Shown: positions 1 to 9,325 of the stretch, one piece after another
How the letters are laid out: each line of letters starts with the position of its first letter
Numbering within the stretch: position 1 is the stretch's first letter
From: Pseudomonadales bacterium
GTDB lineage: Bacteria > Pseudomonadota > Gammaproteobacteria > Pseudomonadales > Azotimanducaceae
Assembly: GCA_016779385.1 (NCBI GenBank)
Contig: JADHNT010000001.1
Span: 602-64,601 of the forward strand
DNA length: 64,000 nucleotides
Direction of reading: 5' to 3'
Position numbers and translations under genes: made by a program
Notes under the pieces: generated by a model
The model's database searches: none
Told to the model about the DNA's origin: nothing
What the model saw: only the letters and a program-made list of their open reading frames with translations

Positions 1-1282
1 GTTGGGCCTCGAGGGCCCAGGGGACAGGGCTTTCCTGCACGGCCGCGGGCGTCGGGGACACCGCATCCAGGGACGAGGCCAGGGGCAGCACATGGAAGAG
101 CGCGTCAAAGAGGCCGTTGCAGATCTCTTGAACGAGATAGGTCGCGCCGCCGTAGCCCATAAAGGGCGTCCCCGTATGGCGCCGAATCACCGCGCCAGGG
201 AAGGACGCAGGAATATAGTGGCTCCGCCCCCCCGCTTCGGCGGCGTACATGCGCTCATTGATGCTGCCGAAGAGCATCATGGGAGGCGCCTTGTGAATCG
301 CATCGCGCACCGCGGCGTTATCAGGCTTCTCCCCCGCACTGCGCACAAAGCTGAAGGCGCAGGGCATGCCGAGCTCTTCTTCTAGGAAACGCTTTAAGCC
401 CTTGGCATAGCTCTCGCCGGCAACGACCCCAAAGCTGGCCGTGGAGAAAAAATCCTGCGTGACAGAGCGCCAAAGATCCCAGATGGGCTTTAAGGTGCTG
501 TGCTTTTCCTGCTCGATGAAAGGCTCGGGATCAAGATCTAGGGTCTCGCCAAGGGCCCGGAGGAATCGGGTGGTGCTTTCCAGGCCCACGGGCGCGTGGA
601 AATAGGGACGCTCCAGGGCCTCGGAAAGGCTTCGCCCATACTCCCGATAGAGGCAGATGTTGGCCTCCGCGAGGGGCAGCTTTTTGAGATCCGCCAGAGA
701 CGCGCCTAGGGGAAAGCAGAGATTGACCTCGGCACCGATGCCCTGCACCAAGCGGCACAGCTCCGCCGTATCGGAGGGGGAATTAAAGATCCCGTAGGCA
801 GGGCCGAGGATGTTGACCTTCGGCTTCGCACCGGCCTTCCGCTTAGGGGCCGCAACCTTCTTCGGTCCGAAGGTTTTCCAGAGCCACAGCAAGGCGCGAT
901 CGGCGCTTTGCCACTGGTCTTCGTCGATGGTGCGGGGCAAGAAACGCTGAATGCCTGTGCCCTCGGGGGTAACCCCGCCGCCGATCATTTCGGCGATGGA
1001 GCCGGTCACCACCACGCTCGGCAAATCGCTTTGCAACACCTCGTGGGCCCGCTTCATGGCCCCTTCCGTTCCCACGGAGCCGAGCTCCGTTTCCGAAAGC
1101 CCCGTTACCACGATAGGCAGCTCGTGGGGCGGCAGCGCATCGGTGTAGTGAAGCACCGAGGTCACGGGGAGGTTTTCGCAACCCACGGGGCCATCAATGA
1201 TGACCTGAAGGCCTTTCACCGCCGTGAACATGTACACCGCGCCCCAATAGCCGCCGGCGCGATCGTGGTCGAGAACCAACAC
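1..1282 (-). CDS. bchZ: Chlorophyllide a reductase subunit Z (BchZ); 3' end cut by window edge
   Basis: Minus-strand frame is open from GTG at 1280-1282 to the window edge, so it has no stop in the window and is absent from the ORF track. My translation starts [61 protein letters not shown], the conserved BchZ N-terminus. The start abuts the bchY stop (1283-1285). Confidence 0.9.
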   Translation of the reverse strand, partial: MLVLDHDRAGGYWGAVYMFTAVKGLQVIIDGPVGCENLPVTSVLHYTDALPPHELPIVVTGLSETELGSVGTEGAMKRAHEVLQSDLPSVVVTGSIAEMIGGGVTPEGTGIQRFLPRTIDEDQWQSADRALLWLWKTFGPKKVAAPKRKAGAKPKVNILGPAYGIFNSPSDTAELCRLVQGIGAEVNLCFPLGASLADLKKLPLAEANICLYREYGRSLSEALERPYFHAPVGLESTTRFLRALGETLDLDPEPFIEQEKHSTLKPIWDLWRSVTQDFFSTASFGVVAGESYAKGLKRFLEEELGMPCAFSFVRSAGEKPDNAAVRDAIHKAPPMMLFGSINERMYAAEAGGRSHYIPASFPGAVIRRHTGTPFMGYGGATYLVQEICNGLFDALFHVLPLASSLDAVSPTPAAVQESPVPWALEAQ

Positions 1283-2743
1283 CTAAGCGCCCTCCCCAAG
1301 CGCCGAGGCCTGTTCCGGGCGCCAGATGCCCGCGGTGGCGCCCTGCCCCACCCCGTCAAAGAAGGCACGCATGCTGTGGAAGCGGTCCTGGTTCCCCATC
1401 GCGGCGTTCACCACCTGCGCCAGGGAACCCGCCCCCGCAGCCCCCATGAGGGGCCGAGCGGAAATGAGGTTTGTGAAATAAAGGGCAGGAACGGCCAGTT
1501 CCTTCGCTTTCTGCACCACGGGGGTGGTGCCGATGGCCAACGCCGGATCAAAGGCCGCGATCGCCGCGAGGTCTTGCTCTAGGGAGGCGCGGAACTGCAC
1601 CTCCACGCCCCGATCTTGGAGCCAGCGGCAGTCCGCTTCGGAAAACGGCGTTTTCGGCGCCGCCGTGCCGACGTAGCGCACGTCCGCCCCGCTCTCGATC
1701 AACAGCCGCGCCACGAGAAGCTCCGAGCCCTCGTAGCCGGACAGGGTAATGCGCCCCTGGACGGCTGCCCCCTTGAGGGCCTCCCGAATACCGGGCAAGG
1801 CCTTCGCCTTAGCCGCTTCAATCTTCGCTGAAGGCACCCCTGCCGCTTCACCGATGGCTTCCAGCCAGCTGGCCGTGCCCTCAACGCCCACCGGCGCTGA
1901 ACCCACCACGCGGCGCCCGGCGCGCTGAAATTCCCGGACTGAGGCGGTGTAGAACGGATGGATCGCGGCCACCACGGGGCTTGCCAGGGCAGCGTAGAGC
2001 TCGCGCCATTCCCGGGTCGGCACCACCGGCCCAGGGGCCAGACCGAGGGGGTCGAGGAGCATGGCGAGGCTTACCGGATCCGCGGGGAACATCTCACCGA
2101 GGAAGGTCACCGTGGGCGCCTGAGCACTCGGACCCCGAGGCGCAGCCACGGGCCCCTGCTCCGCCTCGGCCCGGGCGTAGGCCAGCATGGCCCCAGCCAG
2201 TACGTCTTTGGCTTCCGCGTGAGTCGGCACGCCGAAGCCCGGAACATCAATTCCAATAATCCGGACCCCGTTGATCGCCTTTGGAAGAAGTCTCAGAGGT
2301 ACCCCGGAGGCCGTGGGCACGCAGAGGTTGGTCACCACGATGGCATCGTAGAGCGCCGGATCGGCCGTGCGCTCCACCGCCTCCTTGATGTCTTCAAAGA
2401 GCTTGCCCGTGACCAGCGTTTCCGAGTTAAAGGGCACGTAGCCTACGGAGCGCCGCGCGCCATAAAAATGCGAGGTGAAGGTGAGGCCATAAACGCAGCA
2501 GGCGGACCCGGAAAGAATGGTGGCCGTGCGCCGCATGCGAAGCCCGACCCGCAGAGAGCCGAAGGCTGGGCACATGCTTTGAGGCTGATCGTGGGGCCCT
2601 TTCGGGTAGTCCTTCGCGAACTGGGCCATGGTTTCCGGGTCGGCGCCGGCACCGCTCCGCAGGGCCTCCGTTCCGCACTTGCCGCCGTCTACCTCGGTGA
2701 CAGGGATCTGCTGCACCGTGTTCTCTGGCTCAGATGGTGTCAT
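1283..2743 (-). CDS. bchY: Chlorophyllide a reductase subunit Y (BchY)
   Basis: ORF 1283..2863 trimmed to ATG 2741-2743 (MTPSEPENTV). Contains PHDQPQSMCPAFGSLRVGLRMRRTATILSGSACCVYGLTFTSHFYGARRSVGYVPFNSETLVTGKLFEDI, which is BchY-specific. Overlaps the bchX stop by 14 nt. Confidence 0.92.
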   Translation of the reverse strand: MTPSEPENTVQQIPVTEVDGGKCGTEALRSGAGADPETMAQFAKDYPKGPHDQPQSMCPAFGSLRVGLRMRRTATILSGSACCVYGLTFTSHFYGARRSVGYVPFNSETLVTGKLFEDIKEAVERTADPALYDAIVVTNLCVPTASGVPLRLLPKAINGVRIIGIDVPGFGVPTHAEAKDVLAGAMLAYARAEAEQGPVAAPRGPSAQAPTVTFLGEMFPADPVSLAMLLDPLGLAPGPVVPTREWRELYAALASPVVAAIHPFYTASVREFQRAGRRVVGSAPVGVEGTASWLEAIGEAAGVPSAKIEAAKAKALPGIREALKGAAVQGRITLSGYEGSELLVARLLIESGADVRYVGTAAPKTPFSEADCRWLQDRGVEVQFRASLEQDLAAIAAFDPALAIGTTPVVQKAKELAVPALYFTNLISARPLMGAAGAGSLAQVVNAAMGNQDRFHSMRAFFDGVGQGATAGIWRPEQASALGEGA

Positions 2744-3704
2744 ACACCACCTCCAGAGAGCGCTGCGCGAGGCCCTGGGGACCGCAGAGATCCTCGAGGG
2801 TCGCAGGCTCGAGCACCACGTCTCGGCCCACGTTTTCCGCCTTAAAGAGATCGAGCAGGCCATCCTGGTCTAGAGGCGTGGGCAGGCGCGGAGGCGCCGT
2901 GGCAACCTGGTCCCCGAGGGCGGCGAAGAGGCTGCCCCAGCGACTGTCCTGCGTGCCGATGATTTGGTAATTCGCGCTCTTGCGCCGGATGTCTTCGTCC
3001 GCGGGAATGGACGCCAGCACGGGAATATCCACCGCCTCCGCAAAGCGCGCCGCCTCCCCCGTGCCGTCATCTTTGTTGATGACGAGGCCTGCAACCCCGA
3101 CGTTTCCGCCAAGTTTCCGAAAGTATTGAACCGCACTGCAGACGTTGTTGGCGACATAGAGGGATTGGAGGTCATTGGACCCCACCACAATCACCTTCTG
3201 ACACATGTCCCGGGCGATGGGGAGGCCAAAACCCCCGCACACCACATCACCAAGAAAATCGAGAAGGACGTAATCAAAGCCCCAATCGTGGAAACCAAGC
3301 TTTTCTAGGAGCTCAAAGCCGTGAATGATGCCTCGGCCGCCACAGCCTCGACCCACCTCGGGCCCTCCGAGCTCCATGGCATACACGCCGCCGCGCTTGA
3401 AGCAAACGTCGCTAATGGACACCTCCTCCCCCGCTTCTTTTTTGCGGGCGGAGGTTTCAATGATGGTAGGGCAGGCACGCCCCCCGAAGAGCAAGGAGGT
3501 GGTGTCGCTCTTCGGATCGCAGCCGATGAGCAGCACCTTTTTGCCCTGTTCCGCCATCATGTAAGAGAGATTCGCCAAGGTGAAACTCTTGCCGATGCCC
3601 CCCTTGCCGTAGATCGCGATGACCTCGGCGCTGGAGCTTGGACCGTCCTCCACGGAGGACAGGGGAATATGAGAATGCACTTCCGGGCGCACGGGGGTGG
3701 TCAT
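2730..3704 (-). CDS. bchX: Chlorophyllide a reductase iron protein subunit X (BchX)
   Basis: ATG 3702-3704 overlaps the bchC stop (ATGA). Carries a NifH/BchL-like P-loop, IYGKGGIGKSFTLANLSYMMAEQGKKVLLIGCDPKSDTT, plus cluster Cys (VVCGGFGLPIARD). The ETSARKK segment and the position between bchC and bchY indicate BchX, not BchL. Confidence 0.92.
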   Translation of the reverse strand: MTTPVRPEVHSHIPLSSVEDGPSSSAEVIAIYGKGGIGKSFTLANLSYMMAEQGKKVLLIGCDPKSDTTSLLFGGRACPTIIETSARKKEAGEEVSISDVCFKRGGVYAMELGGPEVGRGCGGRGIIHGFELLEKLGFHDWGFDYVLLDFLGDVVCGGFGLPIARDMCQKVIVVGSNDLQSLYVANNVCSAVQYFRKLGGNVGVAGLVINKDDGTGEAARFAEAVDIPVLASIPADEDIRRKSANYQIIGTQDSRWGSLFAALGDQVATAPPRLPTPLDQDGLLDLFKAENVGRDVVLEPATLEDLCGPQGLAQRSLEVVYDTI

Positions 3705-4669
3705 GAGGCACTCCAGTTCAGAATCATTTTCAGGCAACTGCGATCTTTGAAGGCGCGCTCGTAGGCTTCCGACGCGTCTTCGGGGTCAGCGCGGTGAGTA
3801 ATTAGGCCGTCCAGGCAAAGGCGCGATTCGTCGAGCAGACGAAGCACGACGCGGAGATCATCCGGTTTCCATTCCGCCCGCACGCGAAGGCGAAGCTCGC
3901 GAAGGAAGGCAGGGGGGAAGGTGAAGCTCAGGGGTTCGGCGTAGAAGCCTCCCAGGACCAGCTCCCCCTGCGGGGCTAGGCGATCAATTAAGGTATCAAG
4001 CAGCGCAGGAGCGCCGCTGACGTCTAGAATGCGAGCGTAATCCCTACACGGATCCGCTTCGGGGCTTAGCACCGTGTAGCCATCGGCACCGCTCAGCCGT
4101 TGTGGGTCCGTCTCCCAGACCTTGGGGTTAGCGCCCCCAAGGGCAATCGTAAGGCGGGCAATAAGGCGCCCCAGGACGCCATGGCCAACGATGAGCTCGG
4201 GGAAAGCAAAGGCCTCTCGCCCCGTACCTTCTGCTGGGCGGAGGCAATGGACGGCGGTCGCCGCCAGTGCCAGGAGCACGCCCTTCTCCTTCAAGGTGGA
4301 ATCGAGGGGAATGGCCCGTTCGGCGGGGACCACAAGGCGCGAGGCAGCGGCCCCGAAGAGGCCCCGCGCCCCTTCAAAACAGTTCGCTCCCGGTACAAAC
4401 ACCCAGTCTCCAGGCCGGAGCCCCGTCCCTCGGGGGGCCTCATTGACACGGCCCACAGACTCGTAGCCGGGCACCAAGGGATAGGACAACCCGGGAAAGG
4501 GCGGCATGGAGCCGTCGAAAAGGAGTTTTTCCGTACCCGTGCTGATCCCGCTATAGGCGATATCCACCACCACGTCGGCGCTGCCTGGCGCCTGGAGGGC
4601 CAGATCTTGAAGGCCGAGCTTCAGCGGCTCGGAGAGCACAATGGCCTTAGCCTGCAGCGCTGCACCCAT
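3701..4669 (-). CDS. bchC: Bacteriochlorophyllide a dehydrogenase (BchC)
   Basis: 322 aa MDR-type dehydrogenase with DIAYSGISTGTEKLLFDGSMPPFPGLSYPLVPGYESVG and C-terminal CLKMILNW. AGGAG SD lies 7 nt upstream of ATG 4669. First gene of the bchCXYZ unit. Confidence 0.9.
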   Translation of the reverse strand: MGAALQAKAIVLSEPLKLGLQDLALQAPGSADVVVDIAYSGISTGTEKLLFDGSMPPFPGLSYPLVPGYESVGRVNEAPRGTGLRPGDWVFVPGANCFEGARGLFGAAASRLVVPAERAIPLDSTLKEKGVLLALAATAVHCLRPAEGTGREAFAFPELIVGHGVLGRLIARLTIALGGANPKVWETDPQRLSGADGYTVLSPEADPCRDYARILDVSGAPALLDTLIDRLAPQGELVLGGFYAEPLSFTFPPAFLRELRLRVRAEWKPDDLRVVLRLLDESRLCLDGLITHRADPEDASEAYERAFKDRSCLKMILNWSAS

Positions 4670-4700
4670 GGTGGGCTCCTGGCGCGGTGGCGCCTTCTAA

Positions 4701-4744
4701 CGTCATTTTTTTATGACATCTTTTAACGTAAATCTGAATTTACG
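4701..4744. promoter_or_regulatory. Tandem PpsR/CrtJ-type palindromes in the bchC promoter region
   Basis: CGTCATTTTTTTATGACA (4701-4718; TGTCA-N8-TGACA with one mismatch) and CGTAAATCTGAATTTACG (4727-4744; perfect 7+7 inverted repeat). Both are 18 nt and fit YGT-N12-ACR, and they are separated by 8 nt. They lie in the only AT-rich stretch between crtF and bchC, 32-75 nt upstream of the bchC ATG. Confidence 0.65.
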
Positions 4745-4769
4745 CTGATTGATGGCAAAAGCAACACCC

Positions 4770-5924
4770 CTAGGCAGACCGCTCAGCCAAGAGGACGCTG
4801 GTTTGCAGAGGCACGGCCGTGGGCAAGCGCCGCACACGGCGGAAGCCGGCGGCTTCCAATAGAGCCCGTACCTCCCCCTCGGATCGAGGCCGGCCTCGGC
4901 CCATGGCCCTCAGGTAAAAAGAAAAATAGACATCGGAAAAACGCTGGGCGCCGGCGGTGTGCCGAAGCGGCTCGGCGACGAGCAACTGAGCCCCGGGCGC
5001 CAAGGCCTTGGCCACCCTCACTAAAAGACGCTCGGCGCGCTCGTCGTCTTGGTCATGGAGCACGCGCACCAGGGTGATGAGATCCGCGTCGGCAGGTAGG
5101 GGCGTATTTAAGAAATCCACGGGGTGAACGGCAAAGCGCTGGGCGTCGGGGCGAGCCCGAAAGCGGGCTTCGGCCAAGCGAGCCACCGCGGGAAGATCGC
5201 ACAGCACCAGCCTTGGCCCCGCCGCCGCATCGCCAAGGGCAGCCAGAAAGGCCCCATTGCCACCGCCTACGTCCATCACCCGGCGATGCTTGGAAAAATC
5301 GTGGGCCGACAGCACCTCGCTGGCGATCATGCCCTGGGAGCTCGCCATAAGCGCCGAGTAAGCCTCCGCTGCTGGCGCCTCGGGGGCCTCTTCCCCGTCC
5401 CCGGCATAGGGCCAGAACGCCGCAAGGGCGGGACCGGGCCGGCCTTGAAGGCGGGCGACCGGATCCCGGAGGTCGTCGTAAAGGAGGGTATTGTGCTCGA
5501 TCATCTCCCGTACCCCGGGCAGGCCCACAATGGCCAGGGCAAGGGGGGTGGGGCCGTAGCGGCCGGTCCAGCGACGACGCAGCAGGCCCAGCGCCGTGGC
5601 GGCGTCCAGCAGCAGCTGGCAGCCCTCTTCCGTGAGCCCCAACCCCGGCGCCAGGGAGCGGGCCGTCTGCGCCTCGGCGAGGAGGCGTTCGAAAACCCGA
5701 AGGCGAACGCACGCCAGCACCGTTTGGGTGGCCGTGAAGCCGGAAACAAGATCAAAGAGGGCCCGGGCCTGGCGCCGGGCGAAGAATCCTCCCAGGGGTA
5801 AGCGAGCGACCCGGCTTAAGCTTTCCGGCCGAGCGGCACGCTGAAGGAGCCCATTAAGCCAGCGATCCCATCGCTTGCCGAGAGACATGCCGACGCGGCG
5901 GGGCTGAAGGGTTCCCGTGGACAC
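4770..5924 (-). CDS. crtF: Demethylspheroidene/hydroxyneurosporene O-methyltransferase (CrtF)
   Basis: SAM-binding motif VMDVGGGNGAF preceded by a plant-type OMT-like dimerisation region. Located between crtE and bchC, as in the Rhodobacter crtEF-bchCXYZ arrangement. Start is either GTG 5924 or ATG 5888; unresolved. Confidence 0.85.
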   Translation of the reverse strand: MSTGTLQPRRVGMSLGKRWDRWLNGLLQRAARPESLSRVARLPLGGFFARRQARALFDLVSGFTATQTVLACVRLRVFERLLAEAQTARSLAPGLGLTEEGCQLLLDAATALGLLRRRWTGRYGPTPLALAIVGLPGVREMIEHNTLLYDDLRDPVARLQGRPGPALAAFWPYAGDGEEAPEAPAAEAYSALMASSQGMIASEVLSAHDFSKHRRVMDVGGGNGAFLAALGDAAAGPRLVLCDLPAVARLAEARFRARPDAQRFAVHPVDFLNTPLPADADLITLVRVLHDQDDERAERLLVRVAKALAPGAQLLVAEPLRHTAGAQRFSDVYFSFYLRAMGRGRPRSEGEVRALLEAAGFRRVRRLPTAVPLQTSVLLAERSA

Positions 5925-5930
5925 GGCGCT

Positions 5931-6800
5931 CTACGCCGCCGCGCGAACTTTGCAGCCGGCAAGGATGGCCCTGGCTTGAGCTTCAATGGTCGCCAGCAGT
6001 GCTGGGCGCCCCGGACAGGGCGGAATGGACGCCAGCGCATCCTCCACAAGATCGCGGAGCCGCTGAGCAGCGCCCTCCACCCCGAGTTCGAGCACGGCGC
6101 TGGGCCGCCCTAGGGCTTGGTCGACCCCCACGGGCTTACCTAGCTCTTCGCTGTCCCCAAGGGCATCGCGAAGATCATCGGCGACCTGGTAAGCCTCCCC
6201 CAGACGAGCTCCCAGACGCCCCCAGGCCTCCGCCTCCCCACCCCCGGCCAGAGCACCGCCTGCGGTAGCGGCGGAAAAGAGTGCCCCGGTTTTCGCCTCG
6301 TGGTACGCCCGAAGGTCGATCTCACTTTCTTCCTCCCAGCTTTGCCCAGCTACGATGCCCGCCGGGGCCCCCACGGCGCAGGCCAGCTGATTGTGCAGCG
6401 CCGGCAATACGGCGCCGCCATCCCGCCCTTCAAGAGAAAGCCACTGGAGCGCAAGCACGATCAGTCCGTCGCCGGTGAGTAGCGCTAGGGGCTCGCCGAA
6501 TTCCCGATGGAGCGCGGGGCGCCCGCGGCGCGTCTTCGCGTTATCAAAGCAGGGGAGGTCGTCGTGGATGAGGCTGGCGCAGTGCATGAGCTCAAGGGCC
6601 GCTGCGTAGGCCAGGGCCGCGCCGGGCGCCTCATTGCCACAGGCCTGAGCCACTGCCAGGGTCAGCCGCGGACGAATCCAGGACCCCCCGGGAAGAATGG
6701 CATAGCGATAGGCCGCGGCCAGCCGAGGCGGACAGGGCGCCTTCGTGGCAAAGTCGATAATGCGCCGAAGTTCGTGCTCAATCAGCTGCTCTGCTTCCAT
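5931..6800 (-). CDS. crtE: Geranylgeranyl diphosphate synthase (CrtE)
   Basis: Polyprenyl synthase Asp-rich motifs LIHDDLPCFDNAKTRRG and YQVADDLRD. ATG 6800 (289 aa) is preferred over the upstream GTG 6821. Confidence 0.88.
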   Translation of the reverse strand: MEAEQLIEHELRRIIDFATKAPCPPRLAAAYRYAILPGGSWIRPRLTLAVAQACGNEAPGAALAYAAALELMHCASLIHDDLPCFDNAKTRRGRPALHREFGEPLALLTGDGLIVLALQWLSLEGRDGGAVLPALHNQLACAVGAPAGIVAGQSWEEESEIDLRAYHEAKTGALFSAATAGGALAGGGEAEAWGRLGARLGEAYQVADDLRDALGDSEELGKPVGVDQALGRPSAVLELGVEGAAQRLRDLVEDALASIPPCPGRPALLATIEAQARAILAGCKVRAAA

Positions 6801-6815
6801 GGCTACGCCCCCGAG

Positions 6816-6858
6816 CGTCACCCTAGTTAGACATCTAGAGTGTCATGTATCCTAGACA
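6816..6858. promoter_or_regulatory. Two PpsR/CrtJ-type palindromes in the divergent crtE/crtD promoter gap
   Basis: CGTCACCCTAGTTAGACA (6816-6833) and TGTCATGTATCCTAGACA (6841-6858). Both fit YGT-N12-ACA and are 7 nt apart, inside the 93-nt gap between crtE ATG 6800 and crtD ATG 6894. Confidence 0.55.
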
Positions 6859-6893
6859 GAAGGTCAACGGGGCTGCAGACGGGGCGGGGCACC

Positions 6894-8414
6894 ATGGGAT
6901 CAGAGAACATTGCCATTGTGGGGGCAGGCATCGGCGCCCTCAGCGCGGCCGCTCTCCTTGCCCGGCGTGGCCACTCGGTGGACGTTTTCGAGCGGGCCAG
7001 CGCCGCCGGCGGCAAGCTTCGCCAAACCTTTGCCGGGGGCCCGGGGGTGGACGCGGGCCCCACGGTGTTCACCCTGAAGCCCATCTTCGAGGCGCTCTTT
7101 GACGCTGCCGGAGGAGATTTCGAGGCGACCCTTCGCCCCGAGGCTGCGGCCGTCATTGCCCGCCACTTCTGGGACGACGGGGCGGGGCTCGACCTCTTCG
7201 CTGACCCTGGGGCCTCGGAAGCCGCTATCGGCGATCGCTTCGGGCGCGCCAACGCCGAAGGCTTTCGCGACTTCCAAGCCGCCGCTAAGCGCTGCTACGA
7301 CGTGCTCCAGCACAGCTATATCGAGGGCAGTCGCCCGAGTCCTTTCGATCTCGTGCGCCGCATCGGGCCCCTTCGCCTCGGGGATCTCCTAGCCACTCGC
7401 CCCTTCAGCAGCCTCTGGAAGGCCCTGGGGCAATTCTTCCCCGCCCCCGAGCTCCGTCAGCTTTTTGGGCGCTACGCCACCTACGTGGGCGCCTCGCCCT
7501 TTTCAGCGCCGGCAACCCTCATGCTCATCGCTCACGTAGAGCAGCTAGGGGTATGGACCCTCCCCGGCGGCATGATCAGCCTCGCTACGGAACTTCAACG
7601 CCTCGCAGAAGGGCACGGTGCGCGCTTTCACTTTAACGCGGAGGTTGAGGAGATCGGTGTTAGGGACGGCGCCGTGGACCATCTGGTTTATCACCAGGAA
7701 GGGGAACGGCAGCGCCACAGCGCGCGCAGGGTGCTGTTTGGGGGAGACAGCGCGGCCCTTTCCCAGGCTGGCCTAGGCGCGAACGTTCGTCGGGCCACGG
7801 CCCCCACGGCGGCGTCCGATCGGTCCCTAAGCGCGCTGGTCTGGACGGGCCTGATCCCCCGCAGCGCCTTTCCCCTGAGTCACCACACGGTGTTCTTCGG
7901 CGAGGATTATCGCGCCGAGTTCGATGCAATCTTTAAGCAGCGCACCCTGCCCGAGGATCCGACCGTGTATCTCTGCGCGCAGGACCGATCCACGAAAGAC
8001 TGCCCCGCCGCGACAGACCCTGGCGATGCCTTCGAACGCGTGCTTTGCCTCACCAACGCCCCAGCCCTTGGGGATAGGGGTCCCCTTCCCCCGGCCCTCC
8101 TGGCGGAGGGAGAGGCTCGCCTACGCCGAACGCTGGCGCGCTGCGGCATGCGCGACTTTGACTTCGATCCCAGCGCCATGACCCTGACCACCCCCCAGGA
8201 GTTTCACGAACGCTTCCCCCACACCGGCGGCGCCCTTTACGGACGTGCCTCCCATGGCTGGCTGGCGTCCTTCCGCCGTCCCGGCAGCCGCACCGCAGTG
8301 CCGGGCCTGTACCTTTGTGGGGGCAGCGCCCATCCCGGGGCTGGCGTTCCCATGGCAACCCTATCCGGCGTGCAAGCCGCGGAGGCTCTATGTCAGGACC
8401 TGACTTTAGCGTAG
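6894..8414 (+). CDS. crtD: Hydroxyneurosporene/methoxyneurosporene desaturase (CrtD)
   Basis: FAD Rossmann motif NIAIVGAGIGALSAAALLARRGHSVDVFE. CrtI-family desaturase divergent from crtE and followed by crtC. ORF 6840 trimmed to ATG 6894. Confidence 0.82.
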   Translation: MGSENIAIVGAGIGALSAAALLARRGHSVDVFERASAAGGKLRQTFAGGPGVDAGPTVFTLKPIFEALFDAAGGDFEATLRPEAAAVIARHFWDDGAGLDLFADPGASEAAIGDRFGRANAEGFRDFQAAAKRCYDVLQHSYIEGSRPSPFDLVRRIGPLRLGDLLATRPFSSLWKALGQFFPAPELRQLFGRYATYVGASPFSAPATLMLIAHVEQLGVWTLPGGMISLATELQRLAEGHGARFHFNAEVEEIGVRDGAVDHLVYHQEGERQRHSARRVLFGGDSAALSQAGLGANVRRATAPTAASDRSLSALVWTGLIPRSAFPLSHHTVFFGEDYRAEFDAIFKQRTLPEDPTVYLCAQDRSTKDCPAATDPGDAFERVLCLTNAPALGDRGPLPPALLAEGEARLRRTLARCGMRDFDFDPSAMTLTTPQEFHERFPHTGGALYGRASHGWLASFRRPGSRTAVPGLYLCGGSAHPGAGVPMATLSGVQAAEALCQDLTLA

Positions 8415-9325
8415 CCGTTCCCCCCTCCGGCTATCGCTGGTGGTATCTCGATGGTTTAAGCGCCGATGGGCAGCGCGGGCTAACGGTCATTGCCTTTGTG
8501 GGCAGTGTCTTTTCCCCCTATTACGCGGGCGCTCGGCGGCGCCAGGAGGCGGTGGCGCCGGAGCGCTTCTGCGCCATTAACGTCGCGCTCTACGGGCCCG
8601 ACCGCACCGCCTGGGCTATGACCGAACGCAGCGATCGCACCCTCGCCCGCAGCCCCGAGTACTTCACCCTAGGGCCCAGCGCCTTACGCTGGGATGGCAC
8701 TACCCTGACCGTGGCCGTGGAGGAAATCACCGTACCCTGGCCCCGGCGCCTGCGCGGAGAAATCCGCTTTACCCCGAGCCTCTTCCCGGGCCACAGCGAA
8801 CCCCTGACGGAGGACCTCGCCCACCTCTGGACACCCATTGCCCCCCGGGGACACCTCGAGGTCGCCTTCGCCAACCCCGCGCTCCGGTGGGAGGGCCACG
8901 GCTATCTAGACAGCAACAGCGGCGCCACGCCCCTCGAAAGCGCCTTTCGCCAATGGACCTGGGCCCGAGGAGACGCGGGGGCGCGCACCTTCCTTTGCTA
9001 CGACGCGGAGCGCCGAAACGGTGAGCACCATCGCTTCATGCTGGAGTTCGACGGTGCCGGCGCCCTGCACCGCCACCCCTGCCCGCCGCGCCACGGTCTG
9101 AAAGCCGGGCTCTGGGGCGTGCCCCTTAGCGTGCATGGGGATGAGGGCTCCCTGCCCCGGCTTCGCCGACGCTATGAGGACACGCCGTTTTATAACCGTA
9201 GCGAAGTGGAAACGACCCTTCAGGGGGAGCGGCTCGTCATGGTGAATGAGGGTCTAGATCTTGACCGCTTCAAAAGCCGCTGGGTGCAGACGCTCCTACC
9301 CTTCCGCATGCCCCGCCGGGCTTAG
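8390..9325 (+). CDS. crtC: Acyclic carotenoid 1,2-hydratase (CrtC)
   Basis: MSGPDFSVAVPPSGYRWWYLDGLSADGQRGLTVIAFVGSVFSPYY matches the hydroxyneurosporene synthase family N-terminus. ATG 8390 overlaps the crtD 3' end by 25 nt. Confidence 0.82.
   Translation: MSGPDFSVAVPPSGYRWWYLDGLSADGQRGLTVIAFVGSVFSPYYAGARRRQEAVAPERFCAINVALYGPDRTAWAMTERSDRTLARSPEYFTLGPSALRWDGTTLTVAVEEITVPWPRRLRGEIRFTPSLFPGHSEPLTEDLAHLWTPIAPRGHLEVAFANPALRWEGHGYLDSNSGATPLESAFRQWTWARGDAGARTFLCYDAERRNGEHHRFMLEFDGAGALHRHPCPPRHGLKAGLWGVPLSVHGDEGSLPRLRRRYEDTPFYNRSEVETTLQGERLVMVNEGLDLDRFKSRWVQTLLPFRMPRRA

Noticed and set aside
2-1582. Plus-strand ORFs 2..385, 908..1582 and 951..1148, and short minus ORFs 531..758 and 843..1181, inside the bchZ region
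   Set aside because: They lie antisense to, or out of frame with, a continuous minus-strand frame that translates into an unmistakable BchZ sequence. They are Arg/Pro/Gly-rich, as expected for off-frame translation of GC-rich coding DNA.
2730-3737. First reading of 2730..3737 and 1283..2863 as BchL/BchN of light-independent protochlorophyllide reductase
   Set aside because: The Fe protein carries the BchX-type ETSARKK segment. The next product has the BchY block MCPAFGSLRVGLRMRR. The order bchC-X-Y-Z, with a BchZ N-terminus following, fits chlorophyllide reductase.
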